Positions 1 to 10,576 are shown, counted from the stretch's first letter. The stretch is 64,000 bases of DNA from Candidatus Methanomethylophilaceae archaeon (GCA_050950505.1 JBMNHS010000001.1:928001-992000); one strand, 5' to 3'. The notes: generated from the sequence alone by a model not told the origin. Made by a program: numbers and translations.

Positions 1-1240
1 TGAGTTTTTCGGTATCGTGCATGATGTAATCGTACATGAGACGGTCCGAATCCGGCAGGTTTTTGGCAATCAGCACGGCCTCGCCGTAAGGATCGTAACC
101 CGGTCTTCCGGCACGTCCCGACATCTGTTTTATTTCCATTACGGGTATTGGAACCATTCCCGCGTTGGCTTCGAATCTCCCCGTGTCCCGTATTATAACC
201 CTTCTTGCGGGAAGGTTGATTCCCGCCGCAAGGGTGGGCGTCGCCACGATGCATTTTATGTTTCCGTTGCGGAAGTTGTCTTCGACGTACTTTCTTTGCC
301 TGTGGGTAAGTCCCGCGTTGTGGAACGCGGTTCCGCAGGCGACGCATCCGGCAAGTTTGATTCCCAGCGCGGTGGGTTCCGCTCCCCCCTCAAGTATTGT
401 GGATTCCGGCTTGCTCAACGTCCGCCCCGCCAATTTTTCCATGTCTCCGGAGAATCTCACGGCCAATGCTTCGGTGGATCTTCTGGCATTAACGAACACA
501 AGACACTGTCCCCCTTCTTCTACCGTCTGTCTGACCAATCCCCAGATGGGATCCTTTTCTTTGGGAACGTCTTTCTTTTTCATATCGTCAAAGGTAATTT
601 CACCGTCGAAGAACACGCCTTCCCTCAAAGGTATCGGACGCCAATCGTCCACCACCAATTCGGCATCCAGCCAAAGGGCGAGATCCATGGCGTTGGATAT
701 GGTTGCGGACAGTGCGATTATCTGAAGACCGGTATTCCGTTTCATCAATTTTGTAAGGGCAACCTCCAGCGTTGGACCTCTTCCCGGGTCGTGAATCATG
801 TGTATTTCGTCCGCAATAACGAGTCCGACGGAATCCATCCAACGATTCCCGTGTCTTATCATGGAATCCGCTTTTTCCGAGGTGGCAACGATGATGTCCG
901 CATCGCTGATTCTTCCTCCGTCGGAATCTAAATCCCCGATGCTCATCGCAACTTTGAAGCCAAGATGTGAAAACGATTCGAGCTCGTCCCGTTTTTCAGA
1001 AGCCAGGGCCTTCAGGGGGACGATATAGAGCACTCTCTGTTTCTCCTCCAGAACTTTCTTCATTGCCGGAACATACCCAATCACGGATTTGCCGCTGGCC
1101 GTCGGTACGGAAACAACCAAACTCTTGCCTTCCAAAGCTATGGGTATCGCTCTTTTCTGATGAGGATGCAGATTGATGAAACCCTTCTCTTTCAAAGCGT
1201 CCGCGACGTTTTCGGGTATGTCCAATTCATCGAACCTCAT
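1..1240 (-). CDS. hel308: Hel308/Hjm Ski2-like DEAD/DEAH helicase (partial, runs off window start)
   Basis: Not in the ORF track; read manually from ATG at 1240: MRFDELDIP..LHPHQ (Q motif), VPTASGKS (Walker A), IVPLKALASEK, VATSEKADS, IADEIH, RGPTLE. Confidence 0.92.
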   Translation of the reverse strand, partial: MRFDELDIPENVADALKEKGFINLHPHQKRAIPIALEGKSLVVSVPTASGKSVIGYVPAMKKVLEEKQRVLYIVPLKALASEKRDELESFSHLGFKVAMSIGDLDSDGGRISDADIIVATSEKADSMIRHGNRWMDSVGLVIADEIHMIHDPGRGPTLEVALTKLMKRNTGLQIIALSATISNAMDLALWLDAELVVDDWRPIPLREGVFFDGEITFDDMKKKDVPKEKDPIWGLVRQTVEEGGQCLVFVNARRSTEALAVRFSGDMEKLAGRTLSKPESTILEGGAEPTALGIKLAGCVACGTAFHNAGLTHRQRKYVEDNFRNGNIKCIVATPTLAAGINLPARRVIIRDTGRFEANAGMVPIPVMEIKQMSGRAGRPGYDPYGEAVLIAKNLPDSDRLMYDYIMHDTEKL

Positions 1241-1325
1241 GGTTTCCGATATCAAACCGAATAATAAACCATTATCGGAACCTTCTTGCACAATAGTTAA
1301 TAAGGGTCAGCCAATACCGCAGTCA

Positions 1326-2315
1326 GTGTGTAAAAGAAATTTGGTCGTTGCGGTGTTTGTTCTGTCTCTTTTCATGGTGCCTCTGGCATTGGCGGATGAG
1401 GCTTACGGAGCACCCGAAAGTTTCGTCGCATATCACGACAGGCTTTCCAAAGAAGATTCGGCAATCTACGAGATACTCGCGAATCCCTACGGCGACGGCA
1501 CGGTTCCGACCGGCAGCACGTGGGCACCATCCGTTTCACTTCCGTCCGGAACGACATCGGATGCGGTTGGGTCAGTTGCCAAATTGATGGTTCTGGAGGA
1601 TCCGAGATTCTATTGGCTGTGGATCGCCCCGGTTCTGAACGATGACAACACGCTTACGTTTGCACCCGTGGAAAAACTCAACACCGACAATCCCCTCAAA
1701 GAAATGGAAGATTTCGTCAAAGATGTGAAATCCGAGTTGAAACAGGAGTATACCATCGAAGACGCCGCAAGAGCGATAGATGCAGAACTCCGCAAGGGCG
1801 CCAAGTATGCCGACGGTGAAAACAAACCGTCCGCAGGAACTGCGTTCGGAGCCATCGTCCTCGGGGAAGCCGACGCTTTCGGTTTCGCCGCGGCTTTCAA
1901 CTATGCCATCAGGGAGATGTACAACGACGCGGTCAAGGTTCTGACCGTCGCGGGGAAGCTTCACGATTCCGAAGGCTATTCCCAACATGCATGGAACGTC
2001 ATAAAGAGTGCGGGCGATGACTGGTACGGTGTCGATATTGCCTTGAACCGAACGGAAAACACTGACGCATACGTCATGAAAGCGTCCAATGACAAAGGAA
2101 ATTCCGAAGGGTACACCTTTGCCGCATCCCATCAGCAGGATTTGCCCGGCTACACGGGACTGATGACGGTGTTCGACGTCCCGGAACCCTATATGAAAGA
2201 AATTAAGTCGCCGGAGCCGTCCACGGCGATAGAAAAATACGGTCCCCACGCCTTTGTGATAACAATTATAACTGTACTTTGTATAGTTATGATAGTTTAT
2301 TCGAGACGTGGTTAA
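1326..2315 (+). CDS. Secreted, C-terminally anchored transglutaminase-like protein (catalytic Cys apparently replaced)
   Basis: Probable GTG start at 1326; signal peptide, AFGAIVLGEADAFGFAAAF, HAWN and WYGVD motifs, C-terminal TM helix ending SRRG. Confidence 0.7.
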   Translation: MCKRNLVVAVFVLSLFMVPLALADEAYGAPESFVAYHDRLSKEDSAIYEILANPYGDGTVPTGSTWAPSVSLPSGTTSDAVGSVAKLMVLEDPRFYWLWIAPVLNDDNTLTFAPVEKLNTDNPLKEMEDFVKDVKSELKQEYTIEDAARAIDAELRKGAKYADGENKPSAGTAFGAIVLGEADAFGFAAAFNYAIREMYNDAVKVLTVAGKLHDSEGYSQHAWNVIKSAGDDWYGVDIALNRTENTDAYVMKASNDKGNSEGYTFAASHQQDLPGYTGLMTVFDVPEPYMKEIKSPEPSTAIEKYGPHAFVITIITVLCIVMIVYSRRG

Positions 2316-2365
2316 TATAAAAACCATTTATATATGAAGAGATAACAACCAACCGAGGAGTAAAA

Positions 2366-4456
2366 ATGGCAAACAAAGTTGAAGAGAAGCCCACCGACGA
2401 ACCCCTGGAAGCATGGGTTGAGAGGCAGACCTTCAGGTCCACCGAGGACATTGAAATACCTGCGAAGATGGCCGATCGCGTCATCGGACAGGACGAAGCG
2501 GTAGAGGTGATGAGAAAAGCCGCTTTCCAGAAGAGGCATGTGATGCTCATAGGAGAACCCGGTACGGGAAAATCCATGCTGGCCAATTCCATGGTGGAAT
2601 ATCTCCCCAAAGAGGAACTGGAAGACGTGATTTCCTATCACAATCCCGAAGATTTCAATGAACCCCGTATCAGAACCCTTCCTGCGGGAAAGGGGAAAGC
2701 GATTGTCGCGGAGCAGAAAGCTCATGCCAACGCAGTGAAGAATCAGAAGAATTCCATGTATCTCTACGTCAGTATTTTCATAATGATGATGGGATTGATG
2801 GGTTCCATACTCTTCGGCAACTGGACCATCATGTTTATCGCGCTGTTCAGCGTGTTCATCATACTGCTCTTGCTCAGGAATCCCAACCAGAGGAGCGAAA
2901 TCACAATTGTACCGAAAGTGCTGGTGGGACATTCGCCTGACGATATGCCGCCTTTCATCGACGCCACCGGCGCACACGCCGGTGCGCTGCTGGGTGACGT
3001 GAGGCACGATCCCTTCCAGTCCGGCGGACTGGAGACGCCTTCTCACGACAGGATAGAACCCGGCGACATTCACAAAGCCAACAAAGGCGTTCTTTACATT
3101 GACGAAATCAACATGCTGAGAATGGAATCCCAGCAGGCCCTTCTCACCGCCCTTCAGGAAGGAAAGATGTCCATCACCGGACAGTCCGAACGTTCTTCCG
3201 GAGCTTTGGTGAAGTCGGAACAGGTCCCCTGCGATTTCATACTCGTGTGCGCAGGCAACCTCGATGCTCTTCAGGGGATGCACCCCGCCCTCAGATCCAG
3301 AATCAGAGGTTACGGTTACGAAGTCTACATGCGCAACACCATGAAGGACACCGACGAAAACCGTGATTTCATCGCCAGATTCGTGGCGCAGGAAGTCAGA
3401 AAAGACGTCAAAATACCTCATTTCGACAAATACGCCGTGGGCGAAATCATAAGGGAAGCCCAGCGCAGGTCCGGAAGACGGGGAGAACTTACCCTCAGGC
3501 TCAGGGAGCTGGGAGGTCTGGTCCGTGTGTCCGGCGACATCGCGGTCGGAAGAAAATCCGACATTGTAACGAAGGATGACGTTCTTATTGCAAAAAGATC
3601 CGCCAGAGGTCTGGAACAGCAGATTGCCGACCGTTACGTCGAATCCAACCAGAAGTACCCTCTGTTCCACATCGAAGGTTCCGAAGTCGGAATGATAAAC
3701 GGTCTTGCGGCAATGAACTCCGAAACGGAAATGTCCGAGTATGCGGGAATCGTTCTGCCTTTGGTTGCCGAAGTTTCCCCTGCGCAGACCCGGAAACAGG
3801 GCCGCATAGTGGCCACCGGTCAGCTGGGAGTCATCGCCAAAGAAGCCGTGGAGAACATCTCCGCGGTCATCAAGAAGTACACCATGACCAACCTTACGGA
3901 CGTGGACATTCACCTTCAGTACATCGGAACATATACCGGCGTCGAAGGGGACAGCGCCTCGATAACCATGGCCACGGTCATACTCTCCGCGTTGGAGAAC
4001 ATACCCATACGTCAGGATCTTGCCATGACCGGAAGTCTGAACGTAAGGGGTCAGGTTCTTCCCATAGGTGCGGTGACCGCAAAACTGGAAGCCGCCGCCA
4101 AAGCCGGAATCAAGATTGCTTTGATACCCGAAACCAACGCAAAGGACGTCATGATGGAAGACAAGTACTACGACATGTTGGATGTTTATTCAGTGTCCAA
4201 TCTCCGCGATGTGTTGGAATACGCCTTCGTGGACTGTCCACTCAAGACTCAGTACCTCGACAAGCTTCTGCCTCTCACGCCCAATGGCAAATCCACCGTC
4301 AAAAAGCTGGAGAAGCCCGTGAAGCCTGCCGAGCCGGTCAGGGAAGTCCATACGGAAACCGTTCGGGTTTCCGAACCGGAACCCGAACCGGAACCCGAAT
4401 CGGAGCCGATTCCCGACGGTGAAATAACCGGCGGCGGATCGCCCTGCGGGGCTTAA
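2366..4456 (+). CDS. lonB: ATP-dependent protease LonB (membrane-anchored)
   Basis: GEPGTGKS Walker A, TM insertion, LYIDE Walker B, EGDSAS catalytic Ser and AKLEAA Lys; EP-repeat tail. Confidence 0.96.
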   Translation: MANKVEEKPTDEPLEAWVERQTFRSTEDIEIPAKMADRVIGQDEAVEVMRKAAFQKRHVMLIGEPGTGKSMLANSMVEYLPKEELEDVISYHNPEDFNEPRIRTLPAGKGKAIVAEQKAHANAVKNQKNSMYLYVSIFIMMMGLMGSILFGNWTIMFIALFSVFIILLLLRNPNQRSEITIVPKVLVGHSPDDMPPFIDATGAHAGALLGDVRHDPFQSGGLETPSHDRIEPGDIHKANKGVLYIDEINMLRMESQQALLTALQEGKMSITGQSERSSGALVKSEQVPCDFILVCAGNLDALQGMHPALRSRIRGYGYEVYMRNTMKDTDENRDFIARFVAQEVRKDVKIPHFDKYAVGEIIREAQRRSGRRGELTLRLRELGGLVRVSGDIAVGRKSDIVTKDDVLIAKRSARGLEQQIADRYVESNQKYPLFHIEGSEVGMINGLAAMNSETEMSEYAGIVLPLVAEVSPAQTRKQGRIVATGQLGVIAKEAVENISAVIKKYTMTNLTDVDIHLQYIGTYTGVEGDSASITMATVILSALENIPIRQDLAMTGSLNVRGQVLPIGAVTAKLEAAAKAGIKIALIPETNAKDVMMEDKYYDMLDVYSVSNLRDVLEYAFVDCPLKTQYLDKLLPLTPNGKSTVKKLEKPVKPAEPVREVHTETVRVSEPEPEPEPESEPIPDGEITGGGSPCGA

Positions 4457-4486
4457 CGCTTTAATCGGGGAGGTTGATGACATACT

Positions 4487-5017
4487 ATGTCCGACGGGCA
4501 GGGGTATGACAACTATTCTTTGATCATCGGAAGATTCCAACCCTTCCATGAAGGCCACTTTGAGGTGGTGCGCAAGTGCGCCCAGGAGTCCGACAATCTG
4601 ACCATAGGGATAGGAAGCGCACAGTATTCCCACTCTCCGGAGAACCCTTTCACCGCCGGCGAGAGATATCTGATGATCAGAAACACTCTTGACGACGAAG
4701 GGATAGACCGTTACTGCATAGTGCCCATAGAAGATCTAAACCGTTATTCCGTATGGGTTGCCCACGTGGCATCCATGTCCCCGCCTTTCCATTACGTTTA
4801 CAGCAACAACCGGTTTACCAGACGTCTTTTCGAAGAGGCCGGATACGAAATAAGGGAATCTCCGATTTACAACCGCGAGATTTATTCCGGCACCGAAGTC
4901 AGAAGACGGATGATTGCAGATGAGAACTGGGAGGAACTTCTTCCCAAACCCGTCGTTGAAGTCATCGAGGAAATTGACGGGGTGGGGCGTCTCAAAGATA
5001 TTTCCGGAGGCAACTGA
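4487..5017 (+). CDS. nadM: Nicotinamide-nucleotide adenylyltransferase
   Basis: GRFQPFHEGH, GSAQ, NPFTAGER, SGTEVR motifs. Confidence 0.95.
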   Translation: MSDGQGYDNYSLIIGRFQPFHEGHFEVVRKCAQESDNLTIGIGSAQYSHSPENPFTAGERYLMIRNTLDDEGIDRYCIVPIEDLNRYSVWVAHVASMSPPFHYVYSNNRFTRRLFEEAGYEIRESPIYNREIYSGTEVRRRMIADENWEELLPKPVVEVIEEIDGVGRLKDISGGN

Positions 5018-5494
5018 TTGAAGTCTTTGGACGGATTGGTCAAAGCTCTGAAATCCACGGGATCCACCTTTTCATTGGCGGAATCCTGTACCGGAGGTCT
5101 CATCGGTTCAATAATTACCGAAATGCCGGGAAGTTCCGATTATTTTCTTGGTTCCGCCGTCACTTACAGTAATTATTCCAAAAACAGACTGATCGGAGTT
5201 TCTCAGGAGACCCTGAACGAATACGGGGCGGTGAGCGAACAGACGGCTTTGGAAATGGCCGAAGGTTCACTCGATGTTTTCAACGCTGATTTCGCGGCTT
5301 CGGTCACCGGAGTCGCAGGGCCGGGGGGAGGAACGGAAAAGAAACCCGTCGGCACCGTCTGCATAGGACTGACCAACGGAAGACGGTCAATGACGTTTAC
5401 GAAACATTTCAAAGGCGACCGTTCGGAAATAAGAAGTTCGGCGGCGGATGCGGTGTTTGAACTTCTTGCGGATTTCATACTGGAGAAAATATGA
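5018..5494 (+). CDS. pncC: CinA/PncC NMN deamidase
   Basis: AESCTGG, GAVSE, TGVAGPGGG..KPVGTV. Confidence 0.92.
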   Translation: MKSLDGLVKALKSTGSTFSLAESCTGGLIGSIITEMPGSSDYFLGSAVTYSNYSKNRLIGVSQETLNEYGAVSEQTALEMAEGSLDVFNADFAASVTGVAGPGGGTEKKPVGTVCIGLTNGRRSMTFTKHFKGDRSEIRSSAADAVFELLADFILEKI

Positions 5495-6192
5495 GATATT
5501 CGAGACAAACCGGTCTTCTGGGCATCGACGGTCAGAGGAAACTCGGAGATTCCTGCGTGACCGTCGTCGGATGCGGAGGGTTGGGAACCTTCGTGTCTCT
5601 GTTTCTTGCGTCCGCCGGTATCGGCAAAATAAGACTCGTGGACGGCGACGTACCTTCCGAGAGCAATTTCAACAGGCAGTTTTTTTATCCGGGCGAAGAA
5701 GGGTTCAAAGCCGACATTCTTGCCGAAAAACTGAAGAAAGTCAATGAAACAGTCATGATCGAATCGGTTTGCGAGTTTCTGAACGAAGAGAACGGCAACG
5801 AAATCGTCAAAGGAAGCGACGTGATGGCGGACTGTTTGGATTCCATAGATTCACGTCTGGTTCTCAACAGATTCGCGGTTTCCCGCAACATCCCTCTGTC
5901 TCACGGAGGCATAGACGGTCTGTTCGGGCAGGTCACTTTTGTTATCCCCGGCAAAACTCCCTGTCTTGAATGCATATTCGGGAATGTGGAAGAAGACAAC
6001 GGAATTCCCCAATCCCTTTCGTCCTCGGTTTCCATGATTGCGTCAATGCAGGCCACGGACATCATCAAACACATAACGGGAATCGGAGAAACATCGGCGG
6101 GAAATCTGTTGACGGTCTCCATGGATTCTTTTTCTTGGGACAGGGTCGAAATCAGGAAAAATCCGGAATGTCCCGTGTGCGGTGAAATATAA
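5491..6192 (+). CDS. HesA/MoeB/ThiF family E1-like adenylyltransferase
   Basis: RYSRQ, GCGGLG, SNFNRQF, two CxxC zinc motifs (CLEC, CPVC). Confidence 0.9.
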   Translation: MRYSRQTGLLGIDGQRKLGDSCVTVVGCGGLGTFVSLFLASAGIGKIRLVDGDVPSESNFNRQFFYPGEEGFKADILAEKLKKVNETVMIESVCEFLNEENGNEIVKGSDVMADCLDSIDSRLVLNRFAVSRNIPLSHGGIDGLFGQVTFVIPGKTPCLECIFGNVEEDNGIPQSLSSSVSMIASMQATDIIKHITGIGETSAGNLLTVSMDSFSWDRVEIRKNPECPVCGEI

Positions 6193-6437
6193 TTCCGAGA
6201 ACCGTTACAGCACATCCCCTAATGCACGTAATTCTTCGCTATTGGAAGTATCACGATGGGATAACACGTTGACAAAACCGTGTCCTGTCGACCCATTTGC
6301 CATAGGTACGGATGCAGAATGCGTAAAGGTTCCCGCATCCGCTCTCAATTCCATTTCCGCAATATCTCTTTTTGACGGTCCGTTGCGTGCGGGCTGCCTT
6401 TCGTTGTAAATAAATACCTCTCTTCAGTTCAAGGTTC

Positions 6438-7343
6438 ATGGAAAAGATAATGACCGGGAAAGTCAAGGAAGTTTATGCCGTCGATGACGACACGCTGGAG
6501 TTCGTGTACACCGACAACATATCCGTGTTTGACAAAATAATCCCGTCACAGATACCCCATAAAGGCGAAACTCTTTGCAGAACCGCAAAGTTCTGGTTCA
6601 ATCTTCTGAACGAAAACGGAATTCACAATCACTACATAAGCGAACCCGGGCCGAACAGAATGAGGGTCAAGAAAGTCAACGTCATATGGGACTATGAGAA
6701 AATCGACGGAAAAACCAAGAATTATCTTATTCCTTTGGAAGTCATCTGCAGGCATTATGCCGCGGGTTCCCTGATGGACAGAGTGAAAGAAGGGGAAATA
6801 ACCGCCGAAGATCTGGGTTTCCCGAAAAATCACGAAGTTTCATACGGTGAGAAGTTGCCGGTTCCCTTCATCGAAGTCACAACTAAACTGGAGGAACACG
6901 ACAGGAGCCTGACCGAAGCCGAAGCCAAAGAGATGGCCGGTCTGAGCGATAAGGAATACGAAGATATCAAAAACACCGTTCTGAAAATAGACGGAATAAT
7001 CGCCGAAGAAGCCGCCAAACGCGGATTGATTCATTGTGACGGAAAGAAAGAATTCGGTTTTGACAAAAACCGCAAGCTGATGGTTTTGGATACGTTCGGC
7101 ACGTTGGATGAGGACAGATGGTGGGACGCGGAAGAATACGCAAAAGGAAAAGTATCGGAACTGTCCAAGGAATTCGTGCGTCAGCATTACAGGAACAGCG
7201 GTTATCACGCGGAACTTATGGAAGCCAGGAACAGAGGCGGGGATGAACCGGACATACCTCCGTTGCCGCAGGACATCATCGACCGCACCAGCGACCTCTA
7301 TGTCGGCATGTACGAAAGAATCACCGGCGAGAATTTCAGATAA
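6438..7343 (+). CDS. purC: SAICAR synthase
   Basis: GKVKEVY, TDNISVFD, IPLEVICR, DGKKEFG, SKEFVR. Confidence 0.95.
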   Translation: MEKIMTGKVKEVYAVDDDTLEFVYTDNISVFDKIIPSQIPHKGETLCRTAKFWFNLLNENGIHNHYISEPGPNRMRVKKVNVIWDYEKIDGKTKNYLIPLEVICRHYAAGSLMDRVKEGEITAEDLGFPKNHEVSYGEKLPVPFIEVTTKLEEHDRSLTEAEAKEMAGLSDKEYEDIKNTVLKIDGIIAEEAAKRGLIHCDGKKEFGFDKNRKLMVLDTFGTLDEDRWWDAEEYAKGKVSELSKEFVRQHYRNSGYHAELMEARNRGGDEPDIPPLPQDIIDRTSDLYVGMYERITGENFR

Positions 7344-7406
7344 TCCGTTTTGGACGTGAAGACATCCGGGTAACGCAACCCGAAATATTTCAGCGAACGG
7401 TGCGGT

Positions 7407-7835
7407 TCAGATCAACATGACGGAAACCATGTTTTCCCCGTAAGGGCAATCCAAATCGCCCTCGACGGATTCAACCCTGAGTTTGGCGCCGGATATCTCG
7501 GACGGAGGGTGGCATCTGAACCAGTTTTCGCAACAGTTCATGTTGCAGTCCACTTCCTGGAAAGTAACCATTCCCCCTTCAATCACGTATTTTTTCTGCA
7601 TTGCCGCGGGAATGCTTATCTTGTCCACTTCCACGACCTTGACTTTGTCTTCGGTTTCAATGCAGTCGTGTGTCTGGTCCCTCAGTGCGGCAATCCTGTA
7701 ACGGGATCCCTTTTCAAGGTTGAGGCAGACGCTTTTCAATCTGCATTCCCTGCATCCGTCCATGGGCCCTGTGTAATAGAATTCAAAACCTTCTTTTGCG
7801 GAAATCTCGGATACCAAAGTTATCAGGACCATCAT
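7407..7835 (-). CDS. UPF0179 family archaeal Cys-rich protein
   Basis: ITLV..A..G.EF, CxxCxxxxxCLNL..G..Y pattern; adjacent to egsA. Confidence 0.8.
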   Translation of the reverse strand: MMVLITLVSEISAKEGFEFYYTGPMDGCRECRLKSVCLNLEKGSRYRIAALRDQTHDCIETEDKVKVVEVDKISIPAAMQKKYVIEGGMVTFQEVDCNMNCCENWFRCHPPSEISGAKLRVESVEGDLDCPYGENMVSVMLI

Positions 7836-8899
7836 ATCACCCCTGTTTCTTTTGCCACGTTGGCGGCGGCTTCACGGCTTATGCCGTTGCCCAGAATCGT
7901 AAATCTGTCTTTTCTTATTCCGGCGGCGGCGGTAAGGGCTTCGATTACCTCATCATCGCTCAGACCGATCTGTTTGCCGGTGGTGGGTGCGCCCACGTTC
8001 TCCAAAGCATCCCGGATGATTTTCCAATCCCCTCCGTGGAGATACATCATCATTATTGCGCCGACGCCGCACTGTTCCCCGTGCATAGCACGCCCGGGAT
8101 ACAGTGTGTCTATCGCGTGGGAGAACATGTGCTCCGAACCGCTGGTGGGTCTGGAACTTCCCGCAACACTCATCGAAACACCGGATATTATTATCGGTCT
8201 CATCGCAAGCCAGACACTTTCTTCCAGATCCGGCCGCATGAGTTCGGAATTTTCTATGATGGTTTCCGCCGCATACAGAGACAGTGAATACGCCGACCGG
8301 CTGAATTCGTCATTCCTGAGTCTGTGGGCGAATTTCCAATCTTTCAAAGCCGTAAGGTTGGATATTACATCGGCACAGCCAGATGCCAGATATCTGTAAG
8401 GGGCTTTGTTGATAATCTGTGTATCCGCCAACACCCCCAGAGGGGAAGTGGCGGAAATGGATTGGGGTCCCATATCCATTTTCAACGAAGCGCGTCCGGA
8501 TGCGATTCCGTCATGAGCGGCGTTGGTGGGGATGCTGATGAATGACATGCCCATGTCGTCGGCGGCTATTTTTGACAAATCTATTTTGCTTCCTCCGCCG
8601 ACGGCCAGAATGAAAGTGGAATCCGTTTCCCGTATCACGGATTTGACTTCTTCCAGATTGTCCAATGTGGCATTTCCTGTTTTGAGGGTATGGAGATCGT
8701 AATTCTCGGACATGTGTTCCTCGACAAGCTTTCCGGCGGCTTCGTAGGTGTTGTCTCCCGTCACCATCAGCCCGGTCTTTCCGAATCTGAAAGATTCGCA
8801 CATTTCCGGCAATTTGCCCAATACGTCATGTCCCATGTATACGGTTCTCGGGAACTCCATTTTTTTAGCTTTGTCGAAAAGGTCCATCATGTCTCTCAT
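7832..8899 (-). CDS. egsA: sn-glycerol-1-phosphate dehydrogenase
   Basis: GGGSKID, PTNAAHDGIAS, SRPTSGSEH, HGEQC. Confidence 0.95.
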   Translation of the reverse strand: MRDMMDLFDKAKKMEFPRTVYMGHDVLGKLPEMCESFRFGKTGLMVTGDNTYEAAGKLVEEHMSENYDLHTLKTGNATLDNLEEVKSVIRETDSTFILAVGGGSKIDLSKIAADDMGMSFISIPTNAAHDGIASGRASLKMDMGPQSISATSPLGVLADTQIINKAPYRYLASGCADVISNLTALKDWKFAHRLRNDEFSRSAYSLSLYAAETIIENSELMRPDLEESVWLAMRPIIISGVSMSVAGSSRPTSGSEHMFSHAIDTLYPGRAMHGEQCGVGAIMMMYLHGGDWKIIRDALENVGAPTTGKQIGLSDDEVIEALTAAAGIRKDRFTILGNGISREAAANVAKETGVI

Positions 8900-8947
8900 T
8901 AGGTGATATTCTGAAAGATATAAAAGGAACTCAGTGGATTCTGCCCC

Positions 8948-9496
8948 GTGGAACCCAAAGTTTTATTGATTTGTGCCTGCGGAAGGCGGGAAGGATTCAC
9001 TTACACCATGTGTTCCGAGGCGGAAAAGACTTTCAGAAACGGAGGGTGGGACGCCGAAACAGTATATCCTGTCGAAATGGACATCGGTCATTGCACGGGA
9101 TGCGGGATATGCGAAAACGGCAAAGGCTGTGTGTTGGACGATGATATGAATTCCGTTTACGAATCTTTCGGAAACGTCGATTTGGTTCTCATGGCCACCC
9201 CGATTCATTACAGCGGAGTTTCGTCGGTGATGAAAGTCGTGATAGATCGATTCCAAACTCTGTGGCATTCTTCCGAGAGAGGTCCGAAATACATGGCGGC
9301 AATGATGTGCGGCGGTCATGAGCTTCCGGAATTCCGCGGTGCGATGCACGTTTTCAAATCCTTCGCCATCACGGCGGGTTCCGAATGGATCGGCGACCTT
9401 AAAATCAAAGATACCGATAAAAAAGAATATTCCGGGATTGAAAAAGAAACTCATGATTTCGTTTTGAATCTCATGTCTTTTATGGAACAGGAATGA
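8948..9496 (+). CDS. Iron-sulfur flavoprotein / flavodoxin-like FMN reductase
   Basis: CTGCGIC..C..DDM, TPIHY, IDRF. Confidence 0.85.
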   Translation: MEPKVLLICACGRREGFTYTMCSEAEKTFRNGGWDAETVYPVEMDIGHCTGCGICENGKGCVLDDDMNSVYESFGNVDLVLMATPIHYSGVSSVMKVVIDRFQTLWHSSERGPKYMAAMMCGGHELPEFRGAMHVFKSFAITAGSEWIGDLKIKDTDKKEYSGIEKETHDFVLNLMSFMEQE

Positions 9497-9593
9497 AATC
9501 CGCGGCCTTCGGCGAAAGAGTCCGTTTGAGCGTAAGTTCCGTTATGGAAAGTATTATACAATTCCGAAATGGTTTCAGCGACGAGGTTTTGAT

Positions 9594-9977
9594 ATGGCAG
9601 AAGTAAGAACCGTACATTTTTGTGAAAAATGCAAACAGATAGTCGAAGTCCTCTTTGAAGGCAAAGGAGTTCTCTCCTGTTGCGGACAGCCCATGAAACA
9701 GTGGAACCCGCAGACCGAAGATTTCGCTTTTGAAAAGCACGTTCCTTATATCGAGAAAGTCGACGGAGGAGTGCGCGTATTGGTCGGAAAGGAAGAAGAC
9801 CACCCCATGGCCGATGCGCACTACATAGCATACATCGAGATCTGTGCGGACGGAGTCCTTATGCGCAAGTATCTCAAACCCGGAGACAAACCGGAAGCCT
9901 TCTTCGCCACCGATGCAAAAGTCATCACTGCGAAAGAACTCTGCAACGTACACGGTGTTTGGGTTTATAACCAGTAA
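9594..9977 (+). CDS. dfx: Desulfoferrodoxin (superoxide reductase)
   Basis: CxxC..CC desulforedoxin domain, EKHVP, HPM..HYI, CNVHGVW. Confidence 0.93.
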   Translation: MAEVRTVHFCEKCKQIVEVLFEGKGVLSCCGQPMKQWNPQTEDFAFEKHVPYIEKVDGGVRVLVGKEEDHPMADAHYIAYIEICADGVLMRKYLKPGDKPEAFFATDAKVITAKELCNVHGVWVYNQ

Positions 9978-10228
9978 GTTCAGCTTTGAAACCTTTTTCC
10001 AAACAACTTATCTTTTTCAACAACGTTCGGGAACTTTGCGGCCTAAGTTGTCTGTGGAATTTTTTGTGACATTTTAATCACAATAAATGTATTAACCTCA
10101 ACGTTGTTCGAGGCCTGTGAAGTCGGAGTTTGTCGTTTTCATTATACCTCAACAACAACGCGTTTTCAGACGGAAATTCCGCGGTGTTCATTTACACGCT
10201 TCGCTTCACACAGGTTACGGTGATTCAG

Positions 10229-10531
10229 ATGAGCAATAAAAAAGACAATGGACCCAAAGCCGTTAAGAGACATGCCGCTTTGGCCGCCGAACGGAAGATG
10301 GAAGAAGAGATTCTGAAGGAAAAATTACACAATCTCAAACATCAGAACCGGAAAATCATAAAGGATTACCGCGCAGACATCAAGAAACTCATGAAGGAAG
10401 AACGTCCTTTGGCCAAAGAAAAGCTCAAAATGATGACCGAGGAAATGAAAGCGGCGGAAAACGAACTCAAAGAAGAACACAGAGAAATGGTCAGAGAGCG
10501 GAAAGAATGGGCACGGAATACCCGCAGCTGA
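10229..10531 (+). CDS. Hypothetical charged coiled-coil protein
   Basis: GGTGA RBS before ATG 10229; K/E/R-rich helical sequence. Confidence 0.65.
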   Translation: MSNKKDNGPKAVKRHAALAAERKMEEEILKEKLHNLKHQNRKIIKDYRADIKKLMKEERPLAKEKLKMMTEEMKAAENELKEEHREMVRERKEWARNTRS

Positions 10532-10576
10532 GTCTGAAAAACCATAATCCGCAGATCAAAACCAGTCTAGATAATC

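Noticed and set aside
4373-4408. GAACCG/GAACCC hexamer repeats
   Set aside because: Encode the EP low-complexity tail of LonB; ordinary
6193-6437. Gap after the E1 gene that might hold a SAMP/MoaD protein; a 49-aa minus-strand ORF (MELRADAG..)
   Set aside because: No C-terminal GG and no recognisable motif; coding status unsupported
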